Assembly (NCBI RefSeq): GCF_009914755.1
Contig: NC_060938.1
DNA: 64,000 nucleotides
Reading direction: 5' to 3' (one strand)
DNA from: the human T2T-CHM13v2.0 reference genome, Homo sapiens
The number at the start of each line of letters is the position of its first letter. Within the stretch, counting starts at the first letter, position 1. A program made the translations under genes and the position numbers. The notes under the pieces are model-generated. The model did not search any database. It was not told where the DNA came from and was given only the letters and a program-made list of their open reading frames with translations. Positions 56,001 to 64,000 of the stretch are shown here, in pieces.

Positions 56001-58920
56001 ACTTCTGTGAGATGAACCCACACATCACAAAGAAGGTTCTCAAAATTCTTCTGTCTAGTTTTTATGTGAAGATATTTTCTTCTCCACGATAGGCCCCAAA
56101 GCTCTCCAAATGTCCACTTGCAGATTCTACAAAAAGAGAGCTACAAAACTCCTCAATCAAAAGAAAGTTTTAACACTGTGAGATGAATGCACACATCAGA
56201 AAGTAGTTTCTCAGTTTGCTTTTGTCTAGATTTTATGTAAAGATATTACCTTTTCTACCATAAAGCGCTCCAAATGTCCACTTGCAGATTCTACAAATAG
56301 AGTGTTTCCAAACTGCTCAATCAAAAGAAAGGTACAACTCTGTGAAATGAACGCACATGTAACAAAGAAGTTTCTCAGAATTCTTCTGTCTACTTTTTAT
56401 GTGAAGATATTTCCTTTTCCACCATAGGCCTCAAAGCCTTCCAAATGTCCATTAGCAGACTCCACAAAAAGTGTGTTTCAAAACTACTCAATCAAAAGAA
56501 AGGTTTAATTCTTTGGGATGAAGGCACACATCACAAAGAAGTTTTTCAGATTGCTTCTCTCCAGATTTTATGCGAAGATATTTCCTTTTCTATCGTAGGC
56601 CGCAAAGCACTCCAAATGTCCACTTGCAGATACTACAAAAAGAGTGTTTCCAAACTGCTCAATCAAAAGAAAGCTTCAACTCTGTGAGATGAATGCACGC
56701 TTATAAAAGAAGTTTCCCAGAATTCTTCTGTCTAGTTTTTATGTGAAGATATTTTCTTTTCCACCACAGGACTAAATGCGCTCCAAATGTTCACTTGAAG
56801 ATTCTACAAAAAGACAGTTTCAAAACTGCTCAATCAGAAGAAAGGTTTAACTCTGGGAGATGAATGCACACATCACAAAGAAGGTTCCCAGATTGCTTCT
56901 GTCTGGATTTTATGTGAGGATATTTCCTTTTCAACCAAGGCCTCAAAGGACGTCAAATGTCAACCTGCAGTTTCTACCAAAAGGGTGTTTCCATACTGCT
57001 CAAACAAAAGAAAGGTTCAACTCTGTGAGATGAATGGACACATCACAAAGAAGTTTCTCAGAATTCTTCTGTCTAGTTTTTATGTGAAGTGATTTCCTTT
57101 TCTACCATTGGCCTCAAAGCACTCCAAATGTCCACTTACAGATACTAAAAAAAGAGATTTTCAAAACTGTTCAATCAAAAGAAAGTTTTAACTCTGTGAG
57201 ATGAACGCACACATCAAAAAGAAGTTTCTCAGATTGCTTCTGTCTAGATTTTAAGTGAAGATATTTCCTTTTTCACAATAGGAGACAAAGCGCTCGAAAT
57301 GTCCACTTGCAGATTATACAAAAAGAGTATTTCAAAACTGGTCCATCAAAAGAAACGTTCAACTCTGGGAGATGAATGCACGCATCACAAAGCAGTTTCT
57401 CAGAATGCTTCTATCTAGTTTTTACGTGAAGATATTTCCTTTTCCACCATAGGCCTCAAAGCGCTCCAAATGTCCACTTGCAGATTCTACAAAAAGAGAG
57501 TTTCAAAACTGCTCAATCAAAAGAAAGATTCAACTCTGTGAGAAGAACGTACATATCAAAAAGAAGTTTCTCAGAATTCTTCTGTCTAGTTTTTATGTGA
57601 AGATATTTCCTTTTCCACAATAGGCCTCAAAGCCCTCCAAGTGTCCACGAGCAGATTCTACAAAAAGGGAGTTTCAAAACTCCTCAATCAAAAGAAAGTT
57701 TTAACTCTGTGGTATGAATGGACACATCACAAAGAAGTTTCTCAGATTGCTTCTGTCTAGATTTTATGTGAAGTTATTGCTTTTCTATCTTAGGCTGCAA
57801 AGCGCTCCAAATGACCACTTGCAGATTCCACAAAAAGAGTGTTTCCAAACTGCTCAATCAAAAGAAAGGTTCAGCTCTGTGAGATGAATGCACACATCAC
57901 AAATAAGTTTCTCAGAATTCTTCTGTCTAGTACTTATGTGAAGATATTTTCTTTTCCACCACAGGACTAAATGTGCTCCAAATGTCCACTTGCAGATCCT
58001 ACAAAAAGAGCATTTCTAAACTGCTCTATTGAAAGAAAGGGTTACCTCTGTGAGATGAATACACACATCACAAAGAAGTTTCTCACATTGCTTCTGTCTA
58101 GGTTTTATGTGAAGATATTTCCTTTTCTACCATAGGCCGCAAAGTGCTCCAAATGTCCACTTGCAGAATCTACAAAAATTGTGTTTCCAAACTGCTCAAT
58201 CAAAAGAAAGGTTCAACTCTGTGAGATGAATGCACACATCACAAAGAAGTTTCTCAGAATTCTTCTGTCTAGTTTTTATGTGAAGATATTTCCTTTTTCA
58301 CCAAAGGCCTCAAAGCCCTCAAAATGTCCTCTTGCAGATTCTATAAAAAAAGATTTTCAAAACTGCTCAATCAAAGAAGGGTTTAACTCTGTGAGATGAA
58401 TGCATACATCACAAAGATGTTTCTCAGATTGCTTCTGTCTAGAATTTATGTGAAGATATTTCCTTTTCTACCATAGGCCTCAAAGCCCTCCAAATGTCCA
58501 CTTGCAGATTCCACAAAAGGAGTGTTTCAAAACTGCTCAATCAAAAGAAATGTTTAACTCTGTGAGATGAATGCACAAATCAAAAAGAAGTTTCTCACAT
58601 TGCTTCTGTCTAGGTTTTATGTGAGGATATTTCCTTTTCTACCATAGGCCGCAAAGCACTCCAAATGTCCACTTGCAGAATCTACAAAAATTGTGTTTGC
58701 AAACTGCTCAATCAAAAGAAAGGTTCAACTCTGTGAGATGAACGCACACATCACAAAGAAGTTTCTCAGAATTCTTCTGTCTAGTTTTATGTGAAGATAT
58801 TTCATTTTCCACCATAGGCCTCGAGATGCTCTAAATGTCCACTTACACATTCTACAAAAAGAGTATTTCAAAACTGTTCCATAAAAAGGAAAGTTCAACT
58901 CTGTGAGATGAATGCACATG
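53048..58920 (-). repeat. Continuation of the SF4-like dimeric-pattern monomeric alpha
   Basis: Same diagnostics as 44091-50554, interrupted by a differently typed island at ~54560-55440. Confidence 0.85.
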
Positions 58921-61900
58921 TCAGAAAGAAGGTTGTCAGAATGCTTCTGTCTAGTTTCTATATGAAGATATTTCCTTTTGCAACATAGGCCTAAAAGCTC
59001 TCAAAATCTCCACATGCAGATTCTACAAAAAGACAGTTTCAGAACTACTCCATCAAAGGGGACGTTCAATGCTGCAAGATGAATGCACACATCACTAAGA
59101 AGTTTGTCAGAATGCTCCTGTCTAGTTTTTATGTGAAGATATTCCTTATTCTACAATAGTCCACAAGGCGCTCCAAATGTCCACTTGCAGATTCTGCAAA
59201 AAGAGGGTTTCAAAGCTGCTCAATCAAAAGAAAGGTTCAATACTGTGAGATGAATGCACACATCACAAAGAAGTTTGTAAGACTGGCTCTATCTACTTTC
59301 TATGTGAAGGTATTTCCTTTTCTACCATTGGCTTGAAGTGCCGCAAATGTCCAATGGCAGATTCTACAAAAAGAGTGTTTCAAAGCTGCTAAATCAAAAG
59401 AAATGTTCAACTCTGTGAGATGAAAGCACACATCACAAAGACGTTTGTCAGAATGCTTCTGTCTAGTTTTTATGTGAAGATATTTCCTTTTACACCACAG
59501 GCCTCAAAGCTCTCCAAATGTCCACTTGCGGATTCTACAAAAAGAGTGTTTCAAAACTGCTCAATGAAAAGTAAGGTTCAACTCTGTGAGATGAATGCAC
59601 ACATCACAAAGAAGTTTCTCAGAATCCTTCTGTCTAATTTTTATGTGAAGGTATTTCCTTTTCCACTGTAGGCCTCAAAGTGCTCCAAATGTCCACTTGC
59701 AGACTCTACAAAGAGTGTTTCAAAGCTGCTCAATCAAAAGAAAGTTTCAACTTTGTGAGATGAATGCACACATCACAAAGCAGTTTGTGAGAATGCTTCT
59801 GTCCAGTTTTTATGTGAAGATATTTCCTTTTCCAGCATAGGCCTCAAACCACTCCAAATATCCACTTGCCGATTCTAAAAAAAAAAAAGTGTTTCAAAGC
59901 TGCTCAATCAAAAGAAAGGTTCAACCCTGTGAGCTGAATGCACCCATCACCAAGAAGTGTGTCAGAATGCTTCTGTCCGGTTTTTATGTGAAGATATTTC
60001 CTTTTTCATCATAGGCCTCAAAGAGCACTAAATATCCGTATGCAGATTCCACAAAAAGAGTGTTCGAAAACTGCTCAGTGAAAAGTAAGGTTCCACTCTG
60101 GGAGGTGAATGCACACATCACAAAGAAGTTTAACAGAATGCTTCTGTCTAGTTTTTATGTGAAGATTTTCCTTTTCCACCATTGGTCACAAAATGCTCCC
60201 AATGTCCACTTGCAGATTTTACAAAAAGTGTGTCTCAAAACTTCTCAATGAAAAGTAAGGTTCATCTCTGTTAGATGAATGCACACATCACAAAGAAGGT
60301 TGTCAGAATGCTTCTGTCTAGTTATGTGAACATATTTCCTTTTCTATCATAGGGCTCAAAGTGCTCCAAATGTCCACTTGCAGATTCTACAAAAAGAAAT
60401 TTTCCAAACTGCTCAATCAAAAGTAATGTTCAACTCTGTGATATGAATGCACACATCAAAAAGAAGTTTATTAGAATGCCTCTGTCTAGTTTTTATGTGA
60501 AAATATTTCCTTTTCCACCATAGGCCCCAAAGGGCTCCAAATGTCCACTTGCAGATTCTACACAAGGAGTGTTTGAAAACTGCTCAATTAAAAGAAAGTT
60601 CAACTCTGTGATATGAATGCACGTATCAAAAAGAAGTTTGTCATAATGCTTCTGTCTAGTTTTTAAGTGAAGATAGTCCTTTTCCACCATAGCCGTCAAA
60701 GTGCTCCAAATGGTCCTTGCAGATTGTACAAAAAGAGTGTTTCAAAGCTCCTCAATCAAAAGAGAGGTTCAACTCTGTGAGATGAATGCACACATCAAAA
60801 AGAAGTTTTTCAGAAAGCTTCTGTCTAGCTTTTATGTGTAGATATTTTCTTTTACAACATTGGCTTCAAAGCGCTCCAAATGTCCCCTTGCAGATTCTAC
60901 AAAAAGAGTGTTTCAAAGCTGCTCAATCAAAAGAAATGTTTAACTCTGTGAGATGAATGCACACATCACAAAGTACTTTGTCAGAATGTTTCTGTGTAGG
61001 TTTTATGTGAAGATGTTTCCTTTTCCACCATTGGCTCTCAAAGCACTCAAAATATCCACTTGCAGATTCTACTAAAAGAGTGTGTCAAAACTGCTCAATC
61101 AAAAGTAAGGTTCAACTCTGTGAGAAGAATGCACATATCACAAAGATGTTGGTCAGAATACGTCTGCCTAGTTTTTATGTGAAGATATTTCCTTTTCCAT
61201 CATAGGCCTCAAAGAGCTCCAAATGTCCACTTACAGATTGTACATAAAGAGTGTTTCAAAGCTGCTCAATCAAAAGAAAGGTTCTATTCTGTGAGATGAA
61301 TGCAGACTTCACACAGAAGATTGTCAGAATGATTCTGTCTACTTTTTATATGACGATATTTCCTTTTCCACGATTGGACTCCAGCGCTCAAAATGTCCAC
61401 TTGCAGATTCTACAAAAAGAGTGTTTCAAAGCTGCTTGGTCAGAAGAAAGTTCAACTGTGTTAGATGAATGCACACATCACAAAGTAGTTTGTCAGAATG
61501 CTTCTGTCTAGTGTTTATGTGAAGATATTTTCTTTTCCAATATAGGCCTCAAAGGGCTCCAAAAGTCCACTTGCAGATTCTAGAAAAAGAGTGTTTAAAA
61601 ACTGCTCAATGAAAGTAAGTTTCTACTCTGTGAGATGAATGCACACATCACAATGTTTTTTGTCAGAATGCTGCTGTCTGGTTTTTATGTGAAGATGTTT
61701 CTTTTTCAACCATAGACCTCAAAGCGCACCGAATGTCCACTTACAGATTCTACAAAAAGAGTGTTTCAAAGCTGCTCAATCAAAAGAAAGGTTCAACTCT
61801 GTGAGATGAATGCACACATAACAAAGAAGTTTGTCAATGCTTCTGTCAGGTTTTTTGTGAAGATATTTCGCTTTCCAGCATTGGCCGCAAATCACTCCAA

Positions 61901-63307
61901 ATGTCCATTTGCAGATTCTACAAAAAGAGTGTTTCAAAGCTGCTCAATGAAAAGCAAGGTTCAAATCTGTGAGGTGAATGCCCACATCACAAAGAAGTTT
62001 GTCAGAAGGCTTCTGTCTAGTTTTTAAGTGAAGATACTTCCTTTTCCAACTTTGGCCCCAAAGCGCAGCAAATGTCCACTTGCAGATTCTACAAAAAGAG
62101 TGTTTCAAAGCTGTTCAATGAAAAGAAAGATTCAACTCTGTGAGATGAATGCACACATCACAAAGAAGTTTGTCAGAATGTGTATGTCTAGTTTTTATTT
62201 GATGATATGTCCTTTTCCACAATAGGCTACAAATCGCTCCAAATGTCCACTTGCAGATTCAACAAAAAGAATGTTTCAAAGCTGTTCAATGAAAAGAAAT
62301 GTTCAACTTTGTGAGCTGAATGCACACATCACAAAGAAGTTTGTCAGAAAGCTTCTGTCTAGTTTTATATGAAGATATTTCCTTTTCCACAATGGGCCTC
62401 AAAGTGCTCCACATGTCCACTTGCAGATTCTACAAAAAGAGTGTTTCAAAGCTGCTCATTCCAAAGAAAGGTTCAACTCTGTGTGAGATGAATGCACACA
62501 TCACAAAGAAGTTTCTCATAATGCTTCCGTCTAGTTATTATATGAAGATATTTCTTTGTCCACCCATAGGCCTCAAAGCTCTCCAATGTCCACTTGCAAA
62601 TTCTACAAAAAGAGTGTTTCAAAACTGCTCCATTGAAAGTAAGGTTCAGCACTTTGAGGTGAATGCACACATCACAGAAAACTTTTTCTGAATGCTTATG
62701 TCTAGTTTTTATATGAAGATATTTCCATTTCTACCATAGGCCTCAAAGCGCTCAAATTGTCCACTTGCAGATTCTACAAAAAGAATGTTTAAAAGCTGCT
62801 CAATCAAAAGAAAGTTTCATCTCTGTGAGATGAATGCACATATCAAAAGAAGTTTCTCAGAATTCTTCTGTCTCGTTTTTATGTGAAGATATTTCCTTTT
62901 CCATCATAGGCCTCAAAGTGCTCTAAATATCCAATTGCAGATTCTACAAAAAGAGTGGTTCAAAACTGCTCAATGAAAAGTAAGATTCAACTCTGTGAGA
63001 TCAATGCACATATCACAAAGAAAATTGTCAGAATGCATCTGTCTGGTTTTTATGTGAAGATATTTCCTTTCCCACCATGGGCCTCAAAGCGCTCCAAATG
63101 TCCACTTGCAGATACTTCAAAAAGAGTGTTTCAAAACTGCTCAATTGAAAGCAAGTTTCAGCACTGTGAGATGAATGCACACATCACAAAGAAGTTTGTC
63201 AGAATGCTTCTGTCTAGTTTTCATGTGAAGACATTTCCTTTTCCGCGATAGGCCTCATAGTGCTCCAAATGTCCACTTGCAGATTCTACAAAAACGGTGT
63301 TTCAAAA
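58921..63307 (-). repeat. Monomeric alpha subtype with GTTTGTCAGAATGC / TTCAAAGCTGCTC diagnostics
   Basis: From ~58930 most monomers read TTGTCAGA rather than TTCTCAGA, often with CAAAGCTGC and AAAGTAAGG. Confidence 0.85.
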
Positions 63308-64000
63308 CATTCTGACAAACTTCTTTGCGATATATGCCTCCATCTTACTGTGTTGAACATTTCTTTTCATGGAGCAGTTTTAAAACACTCTTTTTGTAGA
63401 ATCTACAAGTGGACATTTGGAGCGCTTTGAGGACTATGGTGGAAAAGGAAATATCTTCACATAAAAACTAAACAGAAGCGTTCTGACAAACTTCTTTGTG
63501 ACATGTGCAATCATCTCACAGAGTTAAAACTTCCTTTTGATTGAGCAGCTTTGAAACACGCTTTTTGTAGAATCTGCTGACATTTGGAGCGCTTTGAGGC
63601 CTATGGTGGACAACGAAATATTTTCATGTAATAATGGGACAGAAGCATTCTGACAAACTTCTTTTTGATGTGTGCATTCATCTCACAGAGTTGAACCCTC
63701 CATTTCATTGAACAGATTGGAAACACTCTTTCTGTAGAATCTGGAATGGACATTTTTCACACTTTGAGGCCTATGGTGGAAAAGGAAATATCTTCATATA
63801 AAAACTAGACCAAAGCATTCTGACAAACTTCTTTGTGATGTGTGCATTCATCGTACAGAGTTGAACCTTACTTTTCATTGATCAGTTTTCAAACACTCTT
63901 TCTGTAGAATCTGCAAGTGGATATTTGGAGCGCTTTGGGGGCTGTGGTGGAAAAGGAAGTATCTTTACATAAAAACTAGACAGATGCATTCTGACAAACT
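63308..64000 (+). repeat. Monomeric alpha, same subtype, plus orientation
   Basis: CATTCTGACAAACTTCTTTG...CTATGGTGGAAAAGGAAATATC; about 4 monomers to the window end. Confidence 0.92.

Overview
Hominid (human/great-ape-type) pericentromeric DNA, almost entirely ~171-bp alpha satellite plus two LINE-1 elements. No intact protein-coding gene is present. Alpha '+' here means the strand reading CTTCGTTGGAAACGGGA. (1) 1-~22129: homogeneous higher-order repeat (HOR) with a 21-monomer basic unit, present as 21/18/22/22/22/21-mers plus a partial copy. It alternates pJ-alpha (A) and CENP-B-type (B) monomers irregularly (SF5/R1R2-like). (2) ~22130-28856: divergent A/B alpha with an old 13-mer-spaced duplication. 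(3) 28857-34899: full-length, inactivated L1PA2/3-like element with no matching target-site duplication (TSD), sitting exactly where alpha orientation flips. (4) 34900-63307: minus-strand, mostly A-type monomeric alpha in several sequence layers, containing a 5'-truncated L1 with a perfect 15-bp TSD. (5) A second, L1-free orientation switch at ~63308. I found no evidence of a new gene-encoded system. The most interesting signals are structural: a probable recombinant L1 at an inversion breakpoint, two L1s sharing apparently non-consensus substitutions, reconstructable HOR unequal-crossover events, and fossil periodicity in the 'monomeric' layers. Family assignments rely on recalled consensus sequences and were not checked against a database.
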